A model generated the notes under the pieces. That model was not told the DNA's origin. It worked only from the letters and a program-made list of their open reading frames with translations, and did not search any database. Of a DNA stretch of 64,000 nt, positions 22,259 to 35,364 are shown piece by piece. The first letter of the stretch is position 1, and each line of letters begins with the position of its first letter. This DNA is from Vicugna vicugna (lineage: Eukaryota): assembly GCA_013265495.1 (NCBI GenBank), contig MU058781.1, forward strand, positions 1,716,963 to 1,780,962, in the 5' to 3' direction. The position numbers were made by a program, and so were the translations under genes.

Positions 22259-25200
22259 GGGTGTGTCTAAGCCAGTGTAGCTGAGGCCTGTCCCAGGAGC
22301 CTAAGGAATGAAGTGTGTGTGTGTGTGTGTGTTTGGAGGGGGAGGCAGGGAGTCAGAGTGGTTAGACTATATGGGCAACAGGTATCAGTGAGTTCAAAAT
22401 TTTGATGCTTTTCAGAAACTAATAAGTTAATTAAAGCAAAAAATCTCCAGGATGGAAAAACCCCGCTTTGCCTTGGGTCGAGAAGGGCTGGAAAGCCCGT
22501 CTCCACGTGGTCTGGGATCTGTCGAGTAGGAGGCCCAGCTGCACTTGGTCAGGCTCTTACTTTCCTGCTCATTTAATGGTTTGATTCTTGCATTTATGGT
22601 CTGGTCATGCTTACTGACCAGATAATAGAGGAGCCAACGCCACCTGGGTTCCAGAGGACTGGTCGCTTCCGGCTGAAGCCCCTTCACTGGGAATTCAGGT
22701 GAGCTGGGAGCGTGCCTTTCAGTTTTCTCACTGGGTCACTGGATTTCTTTGTGTGTCACCAGCATTTCTGATTTTTATGATGGGACATGGTGGCTTGGTA
22801 GTGTTTCAGCTAGACTGGGCTGAATGCATTTCCCAGGACCCCTGCTCCTGCCGCTTTCTGGTGAGAGCGGGTCACAGAGCGAGTCTAGTGGTAGGTTTGA
22901 GGGGCAGAGTAGCAGGACTGCCATCCTGTGGTGCATGCGCTCTGTTGCGGGTCTGCGGACTCACCTCTGATGGGGGCCTGCAGCCGCTCTGCCTTCCCCT
23001 GGTCCTGTCACCTCCTCCTCCTCCTGGGCCAGGCGTGTGTGTGTGTGTATGTGTGTGTGTGTGTCGCTGTGACACGGGCCAGGCACGGGCATCGCTCTGT
23101 GACACGGGCCCTGGCTCCTGCAGCACACCCTCATCACCCAGGTCAGAGGCATGTGGGCTGACAGGGTATCGGTCTGTCCTCGTGGGCTCCGGTGCACAGC
23201 TTGCTCTCGGTCCTCCCCACGCTGGATCCCTCCTCCCTTCCCGACTGCCTGCCCTGCGGACTTCATCCTCCAACATCTGACCCAAGGACTGCAGCCTTCC
23301 GGAGGCTGCTGTCACTCCCACAGCTGTGTAAGGTCAAGTCCAGGAAGGATGAAGGTGGGCCTCTCCTAGCGGCTCTGCTCCTCGGATTGGACCCTAATAC
23401 ACAGTGCAGTGGTTTTTCGTTATCAAAAGGAGAAAAGACTTCAGGTATACTCCGAAAGTGTGATGAGTCACGCTGAGTGATGTTGTTTTCATCGTCTTTG
23501 TCATTCTTCTCAAGCCAAGAATAGTAGAATGGTGTCGTGAGCTGAATCAGGACTGAATAGTGGTCTTGGCATTCAAATTCAGTTCCCCCTGTAAGTGAGG
23601 GGAGACCAAACCCTGGTGGGTTTAACAGCACAGACAGCACATTCTTGCCCTGTTTCGTGATAACCCCGGTTTTCCCTCTAGGTGACCACTGGACGTGAGC
23701 TTTTTGAGCCAAAGCCTTGTCTGATTTCTGCACCACTTTATTCCAGACCCTGGTGCTGTGGCTGACACTTGGGGGGCACTCGAGACAGTGCCGACTCCCC
23801 TCGGTGTTTAACCTCTGGACTTTCCTTGGGCAAAGTTCCCTCCTCCTCTCTCTGGAGAATTCCTCATCCATCAAACGAAGACATTGTCTCTTTAGGAAAG
23901 TTTGCTTGGTAAGCTGTTTTCCTTCTTTCTTTTTTTTTTTTTTAATCGAATGTTTCTCCCTCTACTTGACCAGGTATCTCATCGGAGTCCCTTCTGTATC
24001 TGAAGTGATTAATAAGCAGCATTGGAAAGGTAGAGTTAATGAATTTTTCAATTGAACATTACTATTTCCAGAGTTTCTCAAAGCTCCTAGGATTACACAA
24101 GCCTTAAAAAAAAAGCTAGCACTACATGGACTGTCTTTGGTAGAGTGCTTAACATCTTTCAGGGAAATTTTCAATTTGTGATACTTACCACTAGTGCCAC
24201 AGCCAACAGGAATATTAAGTTCATTTCCTTGAAAGTATCTGACATCAGTCCAAGCAAAACTGTGTAGAATTTTTCCTTTTGTTGTTCAGCGCTTGGGAGT
24301 CACAAATTTAAATGCCTTCGGGGGTCAGTGAGGTTAACAGGCCGAGTGTAAAAGGGTGAGTGTTGGTAACTGGCCAACACGAGTGCACAGGCCAGGCCCC
24401 ATCGGAAGGTTACAGACCGCGGTGCGTGCAAATGCCAGGGTTCGTGCCAGAGCTTGGCGAGGGCGAGCCCTGAGGGTGGCTGCAGCACCGCCGTGTCCCT
24501 CACCCCCGCTGCCAACAGGCTTCAGATGGTGTGATGGGCTCCCAGGGGCTTGCTCGCAAGCGCCACACTGGCCACAGTTACAAAGTGCTCCACGAGGGTA
24601 TGGGTTTCAGCCTGACTTGTCCTCTTGGTGGTTGTTCTCCCAGCGTTCCCTGAGCGCAGTTTCTCGAGACAGAAAAATGACCTACAAATCAATAGCCTTT
24701 CCTTTTTTCCCCCATGACTGAAATGTCTTACCGAAGGTCAAGGGGTTTCTTAGGTGAGTGTGGTCGAGGTGTTGTGAGAGTGTTTATTTCTCTGCCTGCC
24801 CTGGAGTAGAACTCTTCTGTGATATGAACATACTTTGATTTTGAATAAAGCCTAAATAAATAATTTAAGTAGCAAAAAATAATTTCAGAAGTCATAAAAA
24901 CTTACCGAATTGTCCTCTATACAGGGTAACTAAGAACTTATTTAGGTAAAGCTTTATCCTGTTTAAGCAGCTTCTAATTTGCAGTAACAGGATGCCTTCA
25001 TGAACTGGTTCTACTCGTTTAAAATAATGAAATCGCAGCAGGTGACAGGGAGGCTCTTCCGCCCCGACTCAGTTAATTTTCCCCTCTGCAGGGCCACCTC
25101 CCACCCCCTCTTCCCCTGCCCTCATCCTGTTACTAGCCAGGACTTTAAACAACTTCATAAGAAGACTCTGAGCAAATCTTCTGTAGCACTTTTGGATCTG

Positions 25201-25639
25201 TGTTTTGTTCTCCTTAACATCACATGAAAACTTACTCCCTACACTGACACCATGGCCGTGTCTGTGATGTGCCCCACGACCTTTCAGCTCTCCCAGCCTT
25301 CCCTGTGGTCCAGCCTCTGCTCGCCTCCCATCTCCTGAGCCACAGGGGCCTCCTGTCTTCTGGCCTCCACCGGGGGAGAGTCGGAGCTTCAGAGCATCCC
25401 ACCACGTTGTTCACGCCTAGTCTAGTCTCATCAACCAATCCAGTGCTCGTCCCGGGTTATCCCGCACAGCACTTTGTTACAACTTTTCTATCCTCTGCTT
25501 ATCTAATTGGTCTTAAAGTTTTCTTATGAATGGCCATTTTCTGAAGTTGTTTAACTTGGTATATGAATACTATGTAAAGGTGACTGTTACATAGAAGCCC
25601 ATGGCTTATTGGAATGAAGAGTTAAATATCTAAAATTAA

Positions 25640-28630
25640 TTGCTAAGATAGCACTTTATTGTTAAAAAAATTCCTGAGTAACAGATTATTTGGGATAGCA
25701 TATAGAACACATGTGAACTTCTTTGAACCAAATAAGAATCACAACATGCTTTATTTTAGTGTAAAAATTAATTTATTATACAACAATCATACAGAATGCT
25801 TTTTATCTACAAAGAAAAATGGTTTCTCTTGCTTCCTTGGCCACCCCAATCATGATACAATGTTCTTAAGATTTAAGTACTTTCAAAGGAAAACCGAAAA
25901 AGTGATATCCTTATTTTCCAAATAAAGACGTCCCCGGAAACATCAAAAACTGCTGTGTACCTGTCGGAAAGCACCAGACTGGTCCCTTACAAAGTGCTGT
26001 CCTGCCCATCACAGTAGATAGCATTTTGCCTTAAAAAATACTTCTCTGATGGGAGTGAGGAGGACCTTTCCCCCAATATGCCCAAACAGTTCAGTATATA
26101 ATTTTGATGGGTTGAAAATTTCCATATGTAATTCCATTAAGTGAACATTCTGTTAGTTTAAAAAACTAGGGAATTAACAGATATGGTTACAATATTCATT
26201 TAAATGTTTGCATTCCTAAGAGCAAGAGGAAGTTTATTGGGGGGGGGCATTTTCTTTCTTTTTAAACAAATTATACAATATTTTTTACAATTTTGCTCTA
26301 AGGAAAATCACATTAAAAATAAACATTTTGTTTAAAGTTGTAACACTTCACGACAGATGAAAATATTGACCTGATTCAATTTTTGTGGCTAAGAATTCCT
26401 AGCTATGTATTTTTACCAGCCCTCGAATGGTTTAAGGCTGTATGTGTGTTAAGCTCCTCTAGAATTAAAGACCAGGTTGGAAATAAGCATCCTGGGACCT
26501 CTAACTAAGCTGAGCTTGCAAGTGTAACTGCCCGAGGTTCTCCCTTTGATCAGAGAGGATTCCAGCTGCCTGGCTTTCTCATTCTGCTGAAGGATGCTTC
26601 CCTGCCTGCTGCGTGGACATGAAGCCCATCGAAGCGTCCCAGACTGCAGGTATGATGCTGAGTGCTGAGACTAGGGCCTCGTGGATGACTGGGAACACGG
26701 TGGATGCAGTGGCTGACCAGTGATGTCTCTCTTCTCAGTCTCTTTTTTACCTGCAGTGCACTTTAAGGACTGATCTTAGTTCCTGTTTGAGACCTAAAAC
26801 CGAATAGAGTCCACTTGCTCCAAGGGGCTTCTTTCTCAGTCCCACTCGGGTTTTGTCAGAGGCTCGGTAACAGTCGTGCTCGAAGCGAGCCCTTGTTTTA
26901 CAGGGAGTTTCCGGGAGAGAAGGATACTTACAAGTGAAGGAATGGAGGTGGGGCCGAGCACCTAGAGCAAGTCAGTTTTAGAAAATAATTTAGAAAAATA
27001 GATCCACAAGTAAGTGGGCATTAGACAGAAGATGTCTGTTCGGTAGAAACAGATCAGCAGGTAGAGGAGGGGTCTGACAGGGCACGAGGCCCTCACCGTG
27101 AAGACGGGACTAAGGTCGGTCACCTTTCCCAGCAGCCGGGATCGCGAGCAGCGTTTACGGGGAGCAGAAGTTGGAAAAGTCAGTGTAGTCAGTGTCAGTG
27201 TACGTGTCAGAGCAGAAGTGTGTTTCTTCCTGTTTAAAAGTAACTTAAAAACTAAAGCTCAGGAAAAAAAAAAAAACTAATGGCCCCCAAAGGACAGAGT
27301 GGCTCCCAGACTGTCATCTGCTGGGCGATGGCGAAAAGCCTGATGTCAATGTTGTGACCTAAGAACTTCTTACATTAAGGGAGAAAAGAAGATAAAGCGT
27401 CAGAGTTGGCAAATCTTGCTTTACAGGGTATATATAGGTAGTGATTTTATAGGGTATAAACCTTCATCAGATCTTGACGAAATATCCTCAGTTTCCATTC
27501 TTGGTCCAGTGTCATAGTAAACAGCGGTACCCTCCAGGAGGAAGGCGATGGCCAGGACTGGCATCCTCTCCCCTCACTTGTCTCCCCAGAGCGGGGAGAG
27601 GATGTGCTGAGCGCGCCGGCCTGGGGCTCAGAGCCGGAGACTTTCCATGGTCCTCTTTCTCTTCCTGTTTTCAAAAACTTAACCTGAGAAGAGTAATCGG
27701 GTACTTGGGGATAGTATCACGAGTAGACTCATAAACTGTTGGCCAACTCAGTGTCTACTTTGCCCCCACTGCTCTGTTAATTCTGATTTATAAATACTCC
27801 AATGGCGTATCATTCTAAGGCACAAGGCCAACTGGACTCGAGTCCTTGCTCAGGAAGGAAGTGGGCGACTAAATTCAGATCCTGCTTCTAAAGCTGAGCA
27901 TCAGGTCCATCTGTATCCTGACCTAGGGCGCCTGGACACGGGAGGTGAACATGAGTGTGTAAATAATTAAGGAAACCAGATGAAAACTGAGGAACTACTC
28001 CTGTCCAAAGCCCCTGAGCTATGAGGGTTTGGCAGAGGATTTTTCTTCAAAATAAAAAATGTTCATTTCTTAAAAAAAAAAAAACAAAACAACCGAACTT
28101 TATTACCATGTCACTAAGCTGAGAATTAGGAGTAGCTGTGGAACTTTGACAGACCCCTCTCTGGAGTCAGACTCCCAAGAGCAGAGCCCTGCTGGGTCTT
28201 CCATTTGTCATTCCATTTTGAGATTTTCTGGGGTTGATTCCTAAAGGTCCAAATGGACTGATTCCTTCATGTACTGACAATTATTGCTTAATACAGATTA
28301 GGGAATACCCTGTATTTAGAAGATAATTAACACTTTGTTTTCAACATTTTAATCAGAACAAAACTCTCACTTCTTAGTTGAAGGCTCGCTGTGGAAACCA
28401 CTGATCCAGGTGTCCAGCTTTGTGCATAAGGCGTTATAGAGACCGTTTCTGGTGAGGGGCTAAGTGTGAGCGGGAAGGAGCGAGAAGTTGCACCGGTTCT
28501 GAGGTCTACGGAGTTGTCGCCTCAATGCTGACGGAAGCATTCAGTTAACAGAGTAACCTAATAGCAATATATTAATACATCCCGGATACAAATGATTTAT
28601 AAACTCAAAAAGAAATTAATACATGCTAAA

Positions 28631-28667
<37 letters not shown>

Positions 28668-28735
28668 ACTTTCAATTCAGTCTTTGCTTTAAAACAAGCG
28701 AATCTGTTAGGCGCATGTGCTTTCTTACTCAACGT
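25640..28735 (-). other. ELOVL2: ELOVL2 3'UTR (~3.1 kb); 3' end approximate
   Basis: Follows the stop codon; largely repeat-free and AU-rich distally; minus-strand AATAAA at 25655-25660. Confidence 0.6.
28631..28668. repeat. (TA)n microsatellite in the proximal ELOVL2 3'UTR
   Basis: acatatatat...atgtatatat...ata seen directly. Confidence 0.9.
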
Positions 28736-28861
28736 TTATTGTACTTTCTTGTTTATTACTCCGTTTGTCGCAGTCAAGTAGGCTTTGGAAAAACCATTCT
28801 TAACTTCTTTCCCTGCAGGTGGCTCCTCCATGTCTGTCTGCGCTGGCTTTTTTCGGTATGT
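28736..28861 (-). CDS. ELOVL2: ELOVL2 exon 8 (CDS part, 126 bp including TAA)
   Basis: catccag|ACATAC...; encodes [41 protein letters not shown], ending in a KKxx ER-retrieval signal. Confidence 0.96.
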   Translation of the reverse strand, partial: TYRKKPAQTDMEEPPAGKEVKNGFSKAYLTATNGVINKKVQ

Positions 28862-30731
28862 CTGGATGTAGTCACGTCGATGAGAAAAAGAGAAAAGGAT
28901 TCTAAGACCTTGTTCATCATATGACATACAGTCTAAATAAAACAATGCATGATTTTCTTGGGTACTGAACTTTCTGCCCAAGATTTCTTGTTTGTGATGA
29001 TAGTTTTTAAGCTTCTGGTTAAAAGTAAAGGGTAAAACCAAAACAAATGCACGCATGCCAATGAAAAGCTGTTTCGCCTGCTCTCCATCAGGTCAGTATT
29101 CATGCAGTATGATTTATGGGATTAGCAGTCAAGGTATTCTGTATTAGTTGCTTACTTGGAAAGAATGTAATTTTTTGGAGTTTTCTGAAGTTAAGGTACG
29201 AGTGACACACGTTAGTTCAGGGGCGCACCATGGTTTGACGTTTGCATACACCGAAACGATCGCAGTAAGTCTAGTTCACCATCTGCCACCACAGTTAACA
29301 GAATTTCCTCGTCATGAGATCTCTTCAGACCTAATCTCTTAGCAGCTTTCAAATATGCAGTTTTTGCATAATAATGAATCATTATTCACTAAAGTCACCA
29401 TGCTGCACATATTACATCCCCGTGACTTATTTAAGGCTATAATTTTTAAAAAATACAATTCACGTGAAAAAGTGCTACTATTTTAAAAGTCCTAGTGCCT
29501 GGGATTCTGGGTGGATGTGTGCTTTGGCATATCCTATTGGCATATTCCTATTCTAACAAAACACCTGACCTCATTTTAACTTTTTTTTTTTTTAAAGCAC
29601 TAGTATCAACAAGCGTGAAGGCTAAAAGCACACACACTCAGCTTCACTAGGGCCCCCACTCAAACCACCTGCTGTGGGGCCACAGCTCTGAGGGCCCAGG
29701 CCCCCTGCTGGACTGCCGTGTCCCAAGTGTCCACCCCCACCCCCGCCACGACTCCCTTAGCCTCCCTGCAACATTCAGCATTTCTTTCTTTTTTTGTTGT
29801 TGGCTTTGTTTGGTTCTATCAGTGGTTATTTCTTTAGAGATTCTCAAAGGAAACTTTTATCTCTTACAGAAGACAAAGCCTTGCCAGTCCAATTTCAGAA
29901 ACACAAGTGCTGAAAAGCTGTCAGAAGTTCTGTTCCCACAGTTGTACTCTGTCTAAAACCAGCAAATGCAAACTAAAAAAGTCAGCAAGCACGTGTTTGT
30001 CTGAAGAAGAAGAAAATAGTTGAATACAATTCCAAAAATACAGTTTTGAATAAACTTCTCATTTTTTCTCACGAAGCGCTCTTTCCCCAGCCCACAAAGG
30101 AGAGCAGTTCGCTGCCACCTGAGGCCTGTGCTGGTCCTGCTGCCGTCAGCTCTTACATAACAGAGTCGCTGTCGAGTGGCATTTTGAAGCTCTCTTCCAT
30201 TTAAATTGTTGGTTGAAAAGAAAATGACACTTAAAAAGTCAGCGTGACCTTTCCACACTGGTTTGCCTTAAATTTTTTTTTTTCCAAATGAACAGTGAGT
30301 ATCCAACAATGCAGTAGCTGATATGGAAACGGTTTAATATTAAGTTCATTTAGCCTGTGTTTTCCTCCATTCCTACAAATTTCCTGGACCTGTGTTACTA
30401 TACACAGGGTTTAACTGTCAGAGGCCAGACTTCGGCAGCAGGTGCAAATACGTGACTCAGATGCAGAGTACTTCTGGTGAAGCTTGCTAAGCTTGTGTTG
30501 GAACATGTTTCACAGAACGCCCGCCAGGCCATCAGCGGCCATCGTCCTCTGAGGACGACGACTCGGGGAGGGGAGTTAGGAATGCAAGTTCCCCTTAGTA
30601 CTCTGTGGACCTCTGTTACTTGAATTTGTCCAGGAGCACGTGCTGCCGTAACATTTAGTTAGTAACGTGAAACACACAATGCAAAGCGCAGAGCCTGAGA
30701 CCGTGCCGTGGCCTGTTTCTGTTTCACTCAC

Positions 30732-30866
30732 CTGCACGTAGAAGTTTAAGAACAGGATGACCAGGGTGAGCATGTAAGAGGACTGGAAGATGAGGCAGCC
30801 CAAGGGGAAGCCGCAGGGTCTGACGACGGCGCTCATGGTGTGCGTGATGGTGAGCACGAACTGCAC
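30732..30866 (-). CDS. ELOVL2: ELOVL2 exon 7 (135 bp)
   Basis: ccgcag|GTG...CAG|gtgagt; encodes [45 protein letters not shown]. Confidence 0.97.
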
Positions 30867-31345
30867 CTGCGGGGACAGGGCACCGCGCTGAGGCACCGGC
30901 CGGGGACACCACCCTGCGCATCATATGCTTAGCACTCAACCCCTCTTCCCCCCTAAATCTCACAGTCATGAAACAGAAGGCTGAAGCAGCCCACTACTCT
31001 ATCCAGAAATGCTGTTTGCAGTTCTGTTAGGAACTGTATATAATTGTACCATTATTAATTTTCTCCTTGAAAAATCCCAGTTGAAATCAGTTAGATAAAA
31101 ATGCTGTCACAGACATTAATTTTTAAAGCATTCATCTACATTTCAGAGCGAGGAGTAAGCTAGCTGCGACCCAAAGGACGTTTTAACACACAAGGTCTCA
31201 CGCTTACAAGGCAACATTTTGAGAGAACAGGCCTCCTCATCCCAGGAGAGCTCTGACGTCTGGGCCGGGGTTCCTGCCCCCCCACCCCCACCCCGTGGGA
31301 ACATGCAGACTCTCCACGCGGAGCGCTGACCACGGGTTAACGTAC

Positions 31346-31470
31346 CAGCTGGGCCTGCGTGAGGTACTTCTTCCACCAGAGGTACTTGTGCATGGAGGGA
31401 AACACAGAGAGGCCGTAGTAGGAGTACATTAGAATGTGGATGAAACTGTTCAGCGTGGGTCCAAAGAAAC
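31346..31470 (-). CDS. ELOVL2: ELOVL2 exon 6 (125 bp)
   Basis: ttctag|GT...CTG|gtacgt; encodes (S)[41 protein letters not shown] with the ELO HxxMYxYY motif. Confidence 0.97.
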
Positions 31471-33378
31471 CTAGAAAAGTACAGTATGGAAAATTACTGT
31501 TCTTCTAGAAAGGAGGACTGTTCACTCTTCATCCAGTGCTGTTCCTCCCGTACATCGTTACTGAAAATGAGTAACAAATACGGCGCTAACAGTTCACACT
31601 GGTGAATTCACCCCAGTTATCGTGCCATTTTCCCGGGACTCAGCGGAAGTCCCCTAAACAGAAGACTGGACGGGGCAGTTTTCTGGTCAGGGTGCCAACC
31701 AAACAGGTCGTTCCTGACCTGCAAAGGTTCTGCTGTCCCCGTCATCCTTATCAGCTAATCAGGGAGAAAACGAAACGTTAGCCTAAAGGCAGCAGAATTT
31801 TGAGAGACCAAGTGTCTCTGCTGTGGCTAAACCTTTGCGCCCCTGTGACTGTGGGAAGAGCGCCTCGAGTACACGGCTGAACAGCGCACTAGAGGGTTGA
31901 GGAAAACGTATTGCTGTTCTTAATTAAGTGAATAAAGTCTACTTGAAAGGGACCTCAAACCAGGAGATGCTGCGGAAGGTGAGGGAAGGTCCAGCAGGAG
32001 GCGGCGAGGCGGGCCCGGGAGACTTCCCCAGGAGCTGGACCACCTCATGCACTCCCGGGACAAGGACTATAAAATCCAGTTTCAGGATATTTGCTGTGCT
32101 ATGCTGTGCCATGGCAGTCCTCTGGTCCCTGCTGTCACCTTCATGAAAGCTTCTGTCATTAACATGGGTGAACTGTATTTCAGGAAGCCAAGGAGCAAGG
32201 TGGGGCTCAGATCTATGCTGGGTCAACTAAGGGTTGAAAGGACTGAGCTGCAAGAGGTGAGATGTCGGAAACGCAAATGGAGCTGGCTGTTGTGAGTACG
32301 TCCATCAATGTATGAAGTGCGTAGAATGGAGCCCAGCACAGACTGCGTGCTCTGTGTCAGCTTGGGATCCAGGTGGCTGGTCTCCGAGCTTTCAATCCGA
32401 GGGAGAAGAGACAGGCTGAGCAGCTAGCCGACACCTGTTAGCTGTGCCCCTCCCGTTGGACACGTCACTTTGACTTTGCACATTTCCGTTCTCTGGAAAA
32501 TGAGTGCAATTACTGCTTAAGGTCGTGACAGGAGTAAATGAGAATATACGTAAACTAAAAGGCACTGCACAGTGTTCTGGATGTTGGTTAATCAACTCTC
32601 CTGCCTGGCTTCCCAGTCCTGGATTAGTGATCTGGATAGATCAGCGCAAATCAACGAGTAAGAAACAAGAGGAACACCGTCATGAATCTAGCAAGTCCTT
32701 AAACGCTGGCTGGAATACTTTGTCAAGGTGGAGAATTTACGTGAACACACAAGTGTAGTTTTAGAGTATCAGGCAGCATAGTATCAGTGACATTTCTTTA
32801 CCAACCTGAGTTTTCATTTCTATCAACTAATAAAAAAATAAATAGTTGCTTATAGTTTTTCTTTATGATAGTCTAGACTGAGTAGGAATCGTCACACACA
32901 GAATCCCTGTGGCTGAAACACCATGTCTTTACACAGTGATCATCTAAGACTGACTTTTAGATGCTTTAGTGGTTTGTAAATGAAGCTGCTGATCATCACT
33001 TAAAGTTCTTAACCTTGATGACTGTCCTTTGGTGTTGATTATAGTCAGTATATTGATCACAGTGTAAGTCTATTACAGTCTTAATAACTAAACTCCAACC
33101 GGAGCCTGTCGGGCTAGGAGAGTGTCACAGCATCTCCTTCTGCCCACTGCACCCCTAGCAATTTCCCTTCTTCGCACTGTAGTTTAAATTTGCATCTTCA
33201 CAGTCACTGATGTCTCCCAGATACCCTGGGGTTTTTAAAAATATCTCTACAAGATGCTAAATCCTAGGACAAAACAATTTTGAATTAAGTTTTAACTTGT
33301 TCTAATTTTCCACAGAATACTGTTAAATTCTTGGGCACAAGACAGTACCGAATAGAAAAGTACCGTTGTCTCTAGTTC

Positions 33379-33535
33379 AGTGTTTCTCAAATTGCAGGCC
33401 ATAACTGACGCATTAGTGAATTGTGAAATTAATGTAGTGAGAGCAGCGTTTTGGAAAGTGAAATCAAATTTTGTTTTAAACGTGCATCACACACAGCCAG
33501 GCTAAATACTGTTTCATGAAATTTTTGTTTTGTAT
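33379..33535. mobile_element. hAT-Charlie-type MER fragment
   Basis: Starts 'cagtgtttctcaaattgcagg', a hAT TIR-like end. Confidence 0.5.
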
Positions 33536-33991
33536 AAAATACATACATATGAATGAGGGCATTGAGTGTGATAATAAAATATATTACTTACTGACTTCTC
33601 ATTTAAAAAAAAGAATAATTGCTCTTGTGGGTCAGAGCGACATGACTTTTTCAGAATGAGAAAACAAGCCCAAAAAGTTGAAATGACTTTTAAAAAAAAA
33701 AAGTTGAAAAACAATCTATATCACAGCCAAGTGGTGATGGTGGAAGGTGTTATATTTAGTTTTACAGCCCCAAGTAATAGAGTCATCCGACAGTTTGGTG
33801 CGTGGAAAAGAAAACATTTTAAAAATTTAACGTTAATACTCAAAGAGTCTGCCAAGATCAAAGACCAGAAATGGAACATGTGCTCCCCGTGCGACAAGCA
33901 GGCCAGGAGGGCCCCTCCCTCCCCTGACTGTCGGGCAATGCCCACTGAGAGACCCATCACCGAGAACTGAAAAACGGACAAAAGTACTTAC

Positions 33992-34163
33992 TTTGCCCAC
34001 AAGGTATCCAGTTCAGAACACACCACCAGATATTAAACATAGAGGCGTGATGGTAGACGTGAAGAAAGGTAATCTGACTGGTTTTCTTCCGCAACACAAA
34101 GAAAATCGTGTCCAGGAACTCGATTAACTTGGAGAAGTAGTACCACCACAGCACCTTGGCTAC
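33992..34163 (-). CDS. ELOVL2: ELOVL2 exon 5 (172 bp), catalytic histidine box
   Basis: tcacag|GTA...CAAA|gtaagt; encodes [57 protein letters not shown] with KxxExxDT and HxxHH. Confidence 0.98.
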
Positions 34164-34817
34164 CTGTGAGGACGAGAAACGGGAGGGCGGAAAGGTGAGC
34201 CAGGACATCGCCCGGGGCCACGCCAGCGCGCCTGCCTCTCAGACCGTCAGGAAAGCATCTCACCCGGAGCCTTTGGTCCCAGCCATCCAGCCCACTCTAG
34301 TGAGAGGAATTCTCTCTGCAAAGCACGTAATCCAATCCAGTCACTCCTCTGCAGCTACAGAACCAAGTCTACGCTGATGCAGGCTCTTCCCAGGTCTGGG
34401 GGCTGCTGTGGCCACCACCCTCCTCCCAGCGCACCACCTGGCATCCGGCCCACGCCTCTCCCCCTCCTCCCTGCGTTCCTCTGCTACCCAGCGTCAGGCA
34501 TGGTCCTGCCGTCTGAGGAACACTCCTCTCGAATACCACCTTTCTCTGTAACTAGCCCCCTCCTCTCTTTTCTCAGGCTGAATTAACCTGGCTTCTTCAT
34601 CTGTGGTCCCAAGTCACTTTAGGCCTCTGTCACCAACAGCCATAGCCAAGCAGGGTGAGTGTGAGGACTCCTTCCCCCCAGGCTGTCAGTCACTTGGGGG
34701 CAGAGACCGTCTGCTCAGGGCCCAGTGCTCAGCAGGAGATCACTGCTGCTGTTACACTGGTTTTTTCCTCCGTTCCTTTAATGTTCATATTTTGTCCCTT
34801 CAACATAATGCTACCTA

Positions 34818-34907
34818 GGGGGAGGGAAATAGCTCAGTGGTAGAGCACATGCTTAGCATGCACGAAGTCCTGAGTTCAATCCCCAGGACCTCCTTTAAAA
34901 AAAAAAA
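34818..34907 (+). mobile_element. tRNA-Ala-derived SINE (short form)
   Basis: GGGGGAGGGAAATAGCTCAGTGGTAGAGCACATGCTTAGCATGCACGAAGTCCTGAGTTCAATCCCCAGGACCTCC plus A tail; 'atgctac' on both sides. Confidence 0.9.
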
Positions 34908-35364
34908 CATGCTACAAGGTCATGACGGCAACTTCCCCTCCCCCCTGAACCCCTCGCAATCCCATCTGCAGGAAACGCTTCCAATAAAGGCGCTGTGTTC
35001 CCAGCGCTAACATTTCAACATGAGAGGAAACACTGTGTGATAGAGATTTTGACATCACAACGTAACGCTCTACTGTTCGCTTCCCAGGAAGAAAGTCACA
35101 AGGTGGGGCAGCATCCTTCTTAATGTTTAAGGGGAAAATTAACCCTCAAAAATATTAAACCACAAATAAATACATACATTGGACAATGACCTTCAGAGAA
35201 CTGTACGTGTCCCAAAGCACAACAACGGCCTGTGAGGACATATTGGAAATGAAATGGGTATAATCTGTGTATCTTACTCTTTGCATTATAGCTTTGAAGA
35301 TGTTTAAAAATGCACATCTTAAAATCTGTAATTAAAAGGTTTCTACCTTCTCTTATGAATAGCC

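Noticed and set aside
22699..23874. Long ORFs of 193, 149 and 203 aa between the two genes
   Set aside because: No recognisable domain; they run through GC-rich and (TG)n sequence; overlapping ORFs on both strands suggest chance.
34818..34893. tRNA-Ala(AGC)-like gene (also at 20225-20302 and 49971-50048)
   Set aside because: Altered 5' end, stem mismatches, A tails and TSDs show these are SINE copies, not tRNA genes.
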